DNA of 58,127 nt, the filler included, from Jimgerdemannia flammicorona (lineage: Eukaryota): NCBI GenBank assembly GCA_003990765.1. It is 2 parts of 2 records of this genome, joined end to end, with 100 filler letters (N's around TTAATTAATTAA, not from the genome) between each part and the next. Parts side by side here need not be neighbours in the genome. Positions count along the whole stretch, not along the records: positions 29,117 to 58,127 come from RBNJ01000529.1; 1 more part is not named here. One strand, 5' to 3'. Positions 37,518 through 48,855 of the stretch are shown one piece after another (the first letter of the stretch is position 1; each line of letters starts with the position of its first letter). The notes beneath the pieces were generated by a model. That model did no database searches. It saw only the letters and a program-made list of their open reading frames with translations, and was not told the origin of the DNA. The translations under genes were made by a program, and so were the position numbers.

Positions 37518-40030
37518 TTAGTGGCCCAAGCCCAACCAAGACTTCAGATACATAAATGCCCAGATTATCTCAGTGTTCAGTGCACACCTCTTTGGGGCAA
37601 TGAGGTCCACCCTATCTGAGAACACCCACTTGATGGGAGTACTGGAGACAGGAATCGCCAGGTAGTCCCAAGCCATGCCACACAGGCTGGGGAAGCTCAT
37701 TTGATGCAGCTGTATACCCTGGTGGGTAGAGCAGTAGGTAGAGTAGTGGGTAGAGTGGTGGTTAGATTGGTGGGTTAAATTGGCCCAATGTCTACCTGAC
37801 AACTCACCTTTCACCAGTTGAATATCTCTGCACCCTCCAGCAGGATCACGTGGTCACTGGCAAGGTAAATGGTAAGTTTGTCTATTGATGGCAGCTCTTC
37901 TACTGACAGCTCCCTCTTCCTCTTTCTGCCGAAGTAAATGTAGGACAGGAGGGATCCCTCAGCATATTCATCTGGACTTCAGCCAGAACCTTGCATCAGT
38001 ATGTAGTTTTTCCAGTATACTTCAATTATGGTCTGTTTGGTTCTCTCAATGAAGTGCTGCTCCCAGACCTGATCTTTATGGTATTGTAGCTTTATGTATG
38101 GGTCCAGCACTATTCAAAGGAGAGAAGAGAGTGAGTTTTTGCAGGGGTTTCTCTGTTTTGGAAGAGGTAATGGCCACATGCTGACATCGACATCAACATA
38201 CCTATACTGATTGAGTATATGGCAGTATCTGTTTGGAAGTAGTACTTTCTGAGCTTGCTGAGAGCAACCTCCACAGCATCTCTCTGATCTGGGCTCAACT
38301 GTAAATCACCACAACCCTCCAGCCTATCCTCGAGCTTGTCCTGTAACCAGTCAATCAGAAGTTTGTATACTAGTATTACTGAGCTTATTGTTGGGGTCAT
38401 TTGTTTGACTATATCCTTTGTACAATCATTGAAACACTGGCAGTTATATGTGGTGAGGTGTTGCATTGTACAGAGGCTGACAAATCAAGTGTTGAGCCAG
38501 AGCAATCACTACTTACTTCCAAAACTCTGACAATATTCCTAAGTATGTCCCACTTGCTTTCACCTAGAGCCTCAGCCCATATTTCCTTGTTAGCAGCCAC
38601 TGTTGAATCTATTTGCTTTTTTTGTTTTTTTAAAATAAATCTTCAATCATCCGAAAGAAGTTGCCAGTGCATACTGGATCATTGCAAATGTTGAGTTCCA
38701 ATGCATACAGACATCCAATATAAGCTCTTTTGGGGCTAAACTGATTGCCCTATACTGTGCAGTAAATTTGTCTCATCATTGTGGAGATGATTGGACCAAT
38801 ACTCAGGGCCCCTCCTCTCTCAGATGTTTTGTCTATATGCATAAGATTGTTCTAAACAGCAAGGTTCAGTATGTGGGCCTGGCATTGTACATGGCAGCTT
38901 TCTTGCACCAAAGGCCATGTTTTCCTGTTTGAGGCTGGCTGCTAAAACTTTGAAAAATGTTGAGTTGTTTGTAGCATTGTCTGTCATAATGGCCAAAATC
39001 TGTACTTGAAATATTTGGTTGCTGAATTTATGTGAAAATAAATAACTAATAAAATCTGGTTTAGTTTAAGATCTCCCTCAAAACCATTTTTACCTTGGTG
39101 GTGATCCCAAGCTCCCGGATATAAATAATAAAAGCATCTGTGATGTTATCTCCAGAATGAGGGCCAGCAAGTTTGATGAAGTCAAGGATGAGAGATTTGA
39201 GCTGCCAATTAGAGTCAAGCCAATGACCAGTAATACCCAGAAATGAAATTACATTGGGAGATGTCCATGTGTCAATCATAAATGAAATTTTGCCTGCTGA
39301 ATTCTACTTATGGAATATTAGGTTAAATTGGTGAGCTCTTTTATATAATTCAGCTTGCAAAGGTCTGAAGTGTCTGGTAGAGATTGTTGTGCTCCTTCCT
39401 ATAGGCCTCCAGAACATCTTTGTGAATAGTATCGGAACTTGGCAAATATAAATCATGCTTGAGGAGGCCAAAGATGCTATGCAATTGATCACTCTTGATG
39501 ATTGTGAATGGCTGGTCTGTGCCACAATCTAGCAAATGAGCCGATTTCAAAATTCTGCTGAAGAGTATGGCTAAATATTTTTGATTAAATAGCATTGTTG
39601 GTACAGAAATAGTTGGGCAATTGGATAAACATACCCACTACAGCTTGGATGTCGATTTTATTTGTCTCTGTATTCTTTTTGATTTTGTCAGAATGCTTGT
39701 CTTTTATGTGTCAATTTATGTTCAAAGTCATACCCCCAAGCATTTTGAACTTCTGGCTGGTACAGTTCATAGGGGTGGATGAAACAATATCATGTGTGTT
39801 TCAAAACAAACAAAAAGTATCAATAGGTGCATCTTAATTTTTTATCTGCAATAATTACAAACATTATCTTCTATCTTAGCACAATATTGCCAGATTTCAG
39901 GGCAAGGATTGCATGGAAGGTGTGGAGCTATCAGGGATGTTTGACTTGAAGCATCATTGGTACTGTGAACTGTTGAAGACTGATCTGTCAACATGTGTGT
40001 TTGTGTGTTTGCATATGCATGTGTATACAT
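37518..40030 (-). pseudogene. hAT transposase, multi-intron, inactivated
   Basis: BED-like IWQY...CNYC; IDTWTSPNVISFLGITGHW; GPHSG; IMTDNATNN; CQAHILNLAV; dimerisation domain FPSLCGMAWDYLAIPVSS...VFS...LKSWL. Confidence 0.9.
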
Positions 40031-40074
40031 GTATGTGTGTATTGTATTGTAGATATATCTGGTATATAAGTCAT

Positions 40075-40415
40075 GTAGAAGATTTGGATTGCAGGATTCG
40101 GTTGAAGAATTCAGATGAGGATTTGGATTGAAAGATTTGAATTAGAGGATTTGAATTGGAGGATTTGAATTGGAGGATTCAGATTGAGTGATTCAGATTG
40201 AGTAATTCAGATTGAGTGATCAGATTGAGTGATTCAGATTGAGTGATTTGGATAGGGTAATTTGGATTGAGGTGGTTCGGATAGGTGATTCAGATGAGGC
40301 AATTCAGATGGGGCAATTCAGATTAATCTAAGTTGATTTGGATGGTTTTGGATTTGAGATTTGAATCAAACCATCATGTGATGAATTGAATCCGGATTTG
40401 ATTTGAATTGACTTG
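40075..40415. repeat. hAT subterminal short tandem repeats
   Basis: About 14-bp units such as GATTCAGATTGAGT and GGATTTGAATTGGA next to the TIR; related ATCCRG/ATTCRG motifs at 34085-34220 and 33470-33620. Confidence 0.8.
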
Positions 40416-41192
40416 TTTGGAGCACTAGTTCCAGGTACAGGATACATAGTGGTCTGAGTGCAGGGCCTTCCTTATGAGATTAGTCAGTGGCTCAGCAATA
40501 CTAGGAAAGTTTCTAACAAAGAAGCAGTAGTAGCCAGCTAGACCAAGGAAGGATTAGAGTATGGTAAGATTTGATAAAATGGGCCATTCTTCAATTATTT
40601 CTATCTTGTATGAGTCTCTTAAATTTCTTATACAAAGACAATATGGCCAAGATATTTAACTCATTTCTTAAAGAATTCACACATCTTAAGCTTAGTATAA
40701 AGCTTGTGTTTGCACAGGATCTTCCGAACTATTCAAATATTTTTGAGATATTCTTCTTTAGTTATACTAAAGATCAGAATGTTGTCAAGATATACTAATA
40801 AGAAAATAAATAGCTGGACCTTGAATATCTTATTCATCAGAGTCTAGAATATAGTAGGCACATTGGTGGGACCAAATGCTAAGACCAGGAATTCATAGAG
40901 TCTAAAAGAGGTCATGAATATAATCTTGAGAATGTCTTCTGGCTTGATTCAGATCTGGTGATATCCTGACATGAGGTATAACTTGATGAAGTACTTGACA
41001 TTCTTGAGAGCATCAAAGATTTGATCAATCAAGAGCAGCAAATAGTAGTTCTTGACAGTAAGCTTATTGAGTATATGATAGTCTATATATATTTGTAGAG
41101 TACTATTGTTCTTCTAAGCAAATAGGACTGGTGAGCCATAAGGAGATTTGCTTGACTAAATGGCTCCTCATATGTATAAGTAGTTCTTCTAG

Positions 41193-42401
41193 TTTTTTTT
41201 TTTTTTTTAATGGACTCATAATCTCATGGATTTTTATTGGAAGGGAACCTAGACTATATAGGCCAAAACCCTCCCCCACCACCCACTGAACAATATCCCC
41301 CCATTAACCTAGGCTATTAAACTATCTAGCAGTTCTACTGCTCTAGCTATACCTATCAAACACTGTCTATGTTGATCCCCACAACATAGACTAGACTTGT
41401 CTACTCACCAGGGCTGGATCATTATTTATATGTGAAAGCACACCTATACATCAGATCTAGCAGTGCCAGAACTGAATAAAGAATAGCCCTCTAAGCTCCA
41501 AATGAAAGTCTGAGGCAAAGAAAATCAACCCCCCAACTAACTAACAGAGAGCAAAGTAGATTCAGAGTAGTTGAGTAAAGGACTTATACATAGAACCTTT
41601 CTCAAAGAACTTACATATGGGCTAGGACCAGAAAAGACCCCACTCCTACTCCCCAAGCCTGTGGGCCTCGATCAAATTACTATATCAGCACCCAGTTCCG
41701 GTTGGGTATAGCTAAAAGAGGAAGGCTCCACTCTACAAGCCTGTAGGCCTTGATGATGTTGCCATGTCAGCTCCTGATTCTAGTTGGGTATAGCCAGAAT
41801 ACTGGTCCCTGTACTAGCCCACCCCCTATCAGCCAATCAAAAGGCCCAACTGAAATATTATCCACCCCAGCCCCAAAGACTGCTCCCAGCCTAGCACCCC
41901 ACTGGTTCACCATTATTGCCCTTCCTTCTATCTGTGATGGCCATCTCCCCTTCTATCTCAATATCACCCAAAAAAAAGTCACCTATATCAGAACCATGCT
42001 CGCTGAAAAGCTTGCCAAAGTCAGAGGGCCCTACTATAGGCACTGAGGACCTGCAGGTAACCTATACTGAGCACTTGATGCCCAAGGTTGGCTGACTCCC
42101 TATATAGTCCAAAACACACTGAGATAGTACCTTATTGGCGATGGCAAAAGGCAGAAGGTGCCACACTAGAACAGATGCACCCCAGACACAGCCAAAGGTA
42201 CCAGAAACCACAAAAAAGTAGAGAAGACACTGATCTGATACTGATAAAGGGGCAACTCATCACCATTGCCTCCCTTCCACTATCCTGCAATAGGTACAGC
42301 AAACCAACCCAAGGTAGAGGGGGTAATAATTGTGGAAAGTGGACTTAGAAGGTTGTCTACCAAACCATTGTGACTAGTAAGATAGTAGAGAAAGGTGGTA
42401 T
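41193..42401 (-). mobile_element. 5'-truncated non-LTR retrotransposon inserted in the RT of gypsy A
   Basis: Poly(T) 41193-41208 is the poly(A) tail. TSD GTTCTTCTAG(TTT) at 41183-41192 and 42402-42411. Removing the insert rejoins KKKLEELL. Confidence 0.8.
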
Positions 42402-44520
42402 GTTCTTCTAGTTTCTTCTTGACTGCTTTAATTTAGAGTAGTGATATATGATATATATTAATTTCATGATCAATTTCTTACATAGGTGGTAGATCAGGTA
42501 GCTTGTCTGAAAAGATATTCTTGAATTCTTCTAGCAGTAACTTAATGCTTTTATTAACTAATAGTCTCTTGTCATGTTTCTGAGGCTGAACTATTACAAT
42601 AAAGATATGCATTGTCTTCTTAAGTACTCTCTTATATAGTATAGCTGACAGTATTGCAATCTGGGTCTTGCTTATAGTCTTATCTGTCTTAATAGTGATA
42701 TTGGCTCCATCTTGAAGTAAGGTGACATCATTCTTATACCAATTGATGTCTGGGTTGTGTTTTATAAGCCAAGGTTTTCCTAAGATCAGGTTATAATCTC
42801 CTAGTAGTACAATCTCAAAGTCTACTCATTCCCAATATTTCTGGATCTTAATGGGTAGTTTGGTAGTAATTAACTTGATAAAATACAGAGTACTATCTTT
42901 AGTAACTATATTATTATTCTTGGGTACAGGCTTGGTAAGAAGCATAAGGCTTTTAATGAGGTTCAGATTAATAAAGTTCCCTATAGCTCTGCTGTCTATA
43001 AGTACTTAAACTTCTTTTACTTTGACTAGGTCTTTGAAAATGAGTATAGATTAAGCTCTATTTTCACTAAGACTTGCTGCTTGGCCAGTACTCTCAAAAC
43101 TCTTTTGGTCTCACTTAGTTTCAGAGAGTTCTTGGACTTCTGTAATCTTGAGTTGACTGGCTTTTTCTAGGATTATTTGTGTGACTTGGTCTCCTTTCTT
43201 CTTGATCCTTCTGATTGATAAGCAGAACTTGAACTTGTTTTCAAAAGTCTGGGTCAATGACACTAGTACCTATATCTAAATATTTTAATACTAAGTCTTG
43301 ATTATAGTATAATTCTGACATAATATCCTTCAGGACACTAAACTGCAATTCCAGTAGGCACCAGAGTTTAGCCCTTGACTGGAATAATGACTTGTTTGAC
43401 AGAGTATAGATTAAGACCAATGGTTTCTTCTGTTTGATATTGAGAAACCTGGGCCTTCAGATAAAGTTTCTTGATTTTGAGCTCAAGTTGACAAGTAGTA
43501 GAGTTGACAGATGTGTCTTTAGACAATATGGTGACTAGTCTAGCAGATTTGCTAGTCTTCATATAATATTTGGTTGTGATATATCCTATTTGACAATAGA
43601 AGAAATAGACTTCAGATTTCTTTAGGTAGTTCTTTTCTTCAGGGGTGAGCTTAGTGTTCTTTTTGTTTATAGTATCTAAGTCCATTGGTATTAGGCCAAC
43701 TATTCTTGATTGGTTTCTATAGTGGTTCTTGAAGTAGTTCTTCTTGCAATATTCTAGTTTAAAGCAGTGCTAAAGGTGATAATATCAAACCTATCAGTAA
43801 TTCTCATAGCTTCATCAAGGCTTTGTGACTCTTCTAGCTTGATCTTAACTTGTGTATTTTCTTTCAGACCTTAGACATAGCAGTTTATCTTTTTGTCCTC
43901 AGATATCACTAGTAGTTCAAGCAGAATTAACAGAAATTGTACATTATATCTTTGCACAGACTTGAGTTACTGATTTTTGCTAGCTTGTCTCTAGCTAGCT
44001 AGATAGCATTAGCAGGCTTAAACTACCTATGAAGAGCTCTCTTGAAGGCTTTCCAATCTTTGATTTATATATGTAAATATATAGATATAGTTATAATATA
44101 GTTTTATCACCAAATAACTGCATTTTCTCAAAGAAGTGTAGCAGCAAATTGAACTTATATATCTTCTTTTATTCTTGTAAGCTCAAAGTATTGGTTCAAT
44201 TAGAAGGTCTATGTATCTGTAGATAGTCTTTCTCAGTGATTGTTAAAGGTATCTGACTTGAGTGGCTTGAAACTAACTAGTGTAATGACAGAGTGTGATA
44301 TACTCACAGTTCTTATTTGCTGTTCTAATTTTGCTTGAAGTACTAGAATTTGTTGAGCTATAGCAGTAATCATATCCTCTATATTGGCTTGTGGTTCTCC
44401 TACTTTAGAGAGATCTGGCTGGTAGGCTGACTTTTTATAGCTCATTTTGAGTTTGTGTACTAGTTGTGACTGATTTCTATATTCATGTGAGATTTCTTAA
44501 TAAGATAAGATATAATAATA

Positions 44521-44532
44521 TCACTGCTACCA
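44521..44532 (-). other. Primer-binding site of gypsy A
   Basis: TGGTAGCAGTGA on the minus strand between the LTR-like sequence and the gag start (44445). Confidence 0.6.
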
Positions 44533-44881
44533 AGTATAATAATTTTAGTTTCTTTAAAAGAAAGCAGCTTAATCTGGAAATTCTAGTTGGCCTAAAGTAG
44601 CTTAAAGAGATACTTAAAGGTTCAAGTATTCTTAAAGAATTTTTGAGAGAAAATATTCTGAGCTTTGTTCAGATAGAGAATAAGGATATTTATACATAAT
44701 CTGAAAGAAAGATCTAGAAGGATCTTGAAAATATCAAGAAATAGATTCTCAGTAAAGATGACTAATATAGTTCTACAATGTTTCAAGAGGTTCTATGACT
44801 AGCTAAGATAGAATACTTAGTGCTAAGGAAAGATAAGAGTGTTTAGTAGTGTCTGAGTGCTGAGAGAAGGTTTCTAAGTAT

Positions 44882-45340
44882 TGTGATAGCTGATCCGAAT
44901 TAGTAACATGAAACAGGAGAATTGGACATTTGATTACAGTACCTGAATCTGATTCCCAATATAGCTTAGCCTCATAAAAATAGCAGCCACATTCTGCAAA
45001 GTATAGAAACTTTAATGTTTATAAAGATTTAAGAGATGTTAGAATCTTCATGATCAGTAAAATCTTAGCAGATGTTAAAGATTCAATACTTGCGAAATAG
45101 CCACTTATAGTTAGCGAAACTTGTATAAATAACCCAGTATCTTAGAGTGAATAAACCTCAGATCGAAATAGTTCAAAAGTAAAGAGATAGCAAAGGAACT
45201 AGTAAGTCTGTGGGCAGATATACTTCATACTCACCCACCCTCTGCTGCAACTCAAGAGACTCTGTGAGAGTCAGAACAGTCAAGTTTTTAAGATACAGAA
45301 ATCTGACATACTTTCAAGAGTAAGTGTCTGCTACATTACA
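44882..45340 (+). repeat. 5' LTR of element B
   Basis: Direct repeat of 48383-48855. Confidence 0.92.
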
Positions 45341-45396
45341 ACTTAGTGATTATTGGCTGGTGATTCAAGATGAATCCCTCACTTTCAAGCTGAACA

Positions 45397-47890
45397 ATGA
45401 ACAACCACCACTACCCAAGCAACTATCCAAACCAAGCCACATACCCAGACAAAAAGGATATGAGACTACCAGTATTCCATGAGTATACCTCAGATGAATC
45501 AATCATTACCTTCATTGATAATTTCGAGCAGTATACTGCTGTAAGGACCCTTACAGTAGTACAGCAAGTAGCCCTCATGCCCTTCAGCCTATGAGATCCT
45601 GCCAGAGCAGCATTCACAGCCACAACCCATACAGGAAATGATGCTGATACTATACTGACAGTATAGAAAACCTAGCTCCAAAATACATATTATACAGATG
45701 AGATCAAGCAAGCTCTGAAGGATCAGCTTAACATAATATACCAAGAAATGAGTGAGGATCCAAACACATTCTATACCAGAATTCAATATTAGATAATCCT
45801 TATAGATTATGCTGCTGCTATCTGAGATCAAGTAGCTAAAGTAACCTTCATCAAAGGAGTTCATCCAGAGATAGCCATGGCCATTTATTCATCACCAGTA
45901 GTCTTAGATCTGCCACAGAAGGTCACCTATGCTCAGCGATATTGGACAGCCAGACACCCACAAGACCATACAATAGAAAGAGTCACAGGAGTCAGAATCG
46001 AAACACCCAAGGCAACCAGTGTGATCCCTACTACAATGATCAATCAAAACACACCTCAGCCAAAAACTACAGAGCAGCAAAAGAATGGTGATCTTATGGA
46101 AGAACTTGCCAAAAGGTTCACTGAAATGACCACCCACCTAGGAGATGTGGTAAAAGAAATCCAAGGAAGAAACTATCACCCAGTTCAGAAGTTCATCGCC
46201 ACCTCAGACAAGAAGAAAGATACCTACTATATCTGCAGAGAAGAAGACCACTACTTCTATGAATGTATGAGTGAAACCAAGTACAAGGACAACCAAGCAA
46301 TACTATATGAAATAAGGAGCAGGCCAATATAATTATCTTCAAAGAAATTGGAGATTCTGATGAAGAAGAATAGGAGGCCTATCTTACTCAGACTACTAAG
46401 AAGGATGTTCGCAAGGAATCCTACAAGAGACCACCAGGAAGACCCAAGAAGAACCCAGTAGAAAAGTAGATGGAAATAGCCACTGAAAGCCAAGCCAAAG
46501 AGATGGACCAAGATATGGAGCTGGAGCAAGCAGTTCAAGATATTATCTGAGGAACTACCCCAGAAGCAAAGGAGAAAAAGAAAAGAAACTTCACAAGACC
46601 AACACTTTTAAGTACGATAACTTCAAAGACCTTAGCCAACAAAAGGTCAATGCAACCTTTGGTCAGCTCACAGAAATCCCAACATTCAGATAGCAAATGA
46701 GATATGGACTTGCTGAAACAACCAAGGAACAAGGATGGAAGATAACCAAGGCCAATAATGTTCAAGAAGACTCAGGGGAAGAAAGTGAAGATAATCGCAA
46801 AACCTCTGCCTATACAACATGCCAGATCAAGGATAGAATCTTTGAAGCCATCATCGATACTGGAGCAGGAGGATGTCTTCTCAATAAGAAGGCAGCAGAC
46901 TGCCTAGGCCAGGAGGTTGAAGAAGCAACCAAGTTGGTGTTTGTCACAGCAGTTAGTATAAGTACCACCCCTCTAGGAAAGATCCAAGATGTCCCCATCA
47001 AGATTGGAGGAACAACCATCCCAGTAGATGTAATTGTAACCAATGCCACCAACTATGACATCCTCATCAGCAATCAATGGCTTCACAAAGTCAGGGCAAT
47101 AATCAATCTCCATGTCCAGAAGATGCAAATCACCTACCAGGGACAGAAGAATCGAATTCCCATCAATGTCAATAAAGAAGTCTTGCCTAATATTGAGGAA
47201 GAAGAGAGCAAGCAAGAGGAAGCTTATATGGTGACTACTCTGAAGAAGAAAGTTGGACAGATGAGTGAAGAAGAATGGTGTAAGAAGATTGTAGAAGGCT
47301 ATATACCACAAGGAGTCTGTTCTCATGGGATCAAGATGTACTATATGGCACATGTCAATGATTGCTACCAGTGCACCATCAGAATCAAGAAAATTCACCA
47401 GAAAAGAAGACAGAAAGCTCTTGAAAAACAGGTCAGAGAAAAGAAGGAGGAGGAAGATGATGAACCACCAGTCCTCAGATTACAAAGTACCCACTTTACC
47501 TCTTGAGAAATACTGTTCGGAGAAGAAAGTTCTCAAGAAACCCTATCATCCAATAGGGATGCTGTATGGAAACATATGGATGGAGAAATATGGAGACTAT
47601 ACCAAATCAGAAAGAAGGCTAAGGATTACATAACAAAGACAAAGATACTATAATGGAAGAATGTGAAAAAAACCCACAAACTCCTGGAGATTATCAAGAT
47701 AGGAGACAAATTCCTGATATATTGGAATATGGTAGAAGCCTCATGATCACAAAAACTGGAGCCTAAGTGGAAAGGACCTTACCTTGTACAAGATATAAAA
47801 GGAACCACCTTTTGGCTATAAAAACTCTCAGGTACAATCATCCCTACTACTATCTACCGAAACCAACTCAAGAAGTATTATGACTAGTCA
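45397..47890 (+). pseudogene. gag - aspartic protease - integrase C-terminal remnant of element B
   Basis: LPVFHE...FIDNFEQY gag start, zinc knuckle, AIIDTGAGGCLL...YDILISNQW, then LEPKWKGPYLV...NQLKKY. Confidence 0.85.
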
Positions 47891-48341
47891 ATGAAGTAAT
47901 ACTGCTGCCCTCAGAATTACTAGTGCAGCCCAGTGAGCTATTGAAAGACAGTAGTATTCCACCGAGTCACCAATAATAGAAGAATCCTTTGACAGTATCC
48001 AGAGTATAGTGCAAACACACTTGTCATGAATCTCACATTTCAAGACCTACCAGAACTGAACTGAGTTCCAGAAATACTTCAAGTTGGAACAGCTACTGAA
48101 TTCAACACCAAAGATGGGAAAAGAAGACTGGATCAGAGAATGTCAGCTCTCCTACACTCAGATCACAATTGCAAAAAGAGTGTACAAGTTATTCAAAGTC
48201 AATGAGTCAGCCTTAGCCCATTTCTAAGGAGTAACCCCAGGAGACTTTGGATATATCAAGAGACAATATTGGAAGGACATAATGTCACAAATTGCATAGT
48301 ATAAGGAAATACACATTGTAGAAGCCTGGGAATTCGAGTGA
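47880..48341 (+). pseudogene. Extra 3' ORF (ORF3) of element B, ~153 codons, unknown function
   Basis: ATG at 47880 overlaps the integrase end. Single frame without indels; the internal stops are all TGA/TAG/TAA, restorable to CGA/CAG/CAA. Core: FQKYFKLEQLL...TIAKRVYKLFKVNESALAHF*GVTPGDFGYIKRQYW. Confidence 0.6.
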
Positions 48342-48382
48342 ATAGGATGCTTCTGAGATGAATCACCTATTCAGGAGGAAGA

Positions 48383-48855
48383 TGTGATAGCTGATCCAAA
48401 TTAGTTACATAAAACAGGAAAATTTGACATTTGATCATGATATCTGAATCCAATTCCCAATATAGCTTAGTATTATAAAAATAATAGCCATATTCTGCAA
48501 AGCACAGAAACTTTAATGTTTACAAAGATTTAGAAGATGTTAGAATCTTCACAATCAGCAAAATCTTAATAGATGTTAAAAGATTCAAAACTTGCAAAAT
48601 GAGCCATTACTTAGCTACCTTATAGTTAGCCAAACTTATATAAATAACTCAGTATCTTAGAGTGAATAAACCTCAGATTGAAATAGTTCAAAAGCAAAGA
48701 GATAGCAAAGGAACTAGTAAGCCTGCAGGCAGATATACTTCGATCTCACCCACCCTCCACTGCAACTCAAGAGACTCTGTGAGAGTCAGAACAGTCAAGT
48801 TTTCAAGATACAGAAATCTGATGTACTTTCAAGAGTAAGCATCCACTATGTTACA
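48383..48855 (+). repeat. 3' LTR of element B
   Basis: Direct repeat of 44882-45340, preceded by the PPT. Confidence 0.92.

Larger units (their letters stand above)
34073..40427 (-). mobile_element. hAT DNA transposon copy 2, complete, 6355 bp
   Basis: 12-bp TIRs TAGTGCTCCAAA (34073-34084 and 40416-40427); perfect 8-bp TSD GTTCCAGG (34065-34072 and 40428-40435); hAT transposase inside. Confidence 0.95.
44882..48855 (+). mobile_element. LTR retrotransposon B (gypsy-like), 3974 bp, non-autonomous, nested in the LTR of A
   Basis: TG...CA LTRs at 44882-45340 and 48383-48855; 4-bp TSD GTAT (44878-44881 and 48856-48859); PPT AGGAGGAAGA at 48373-48382. Gag with decayed CCHC (YYICREEDHYFYEC), protease IIDTGAG and integrase tail KWKGPY are present; no RT, RNase H or integrase core. 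Confidence 0.92.
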
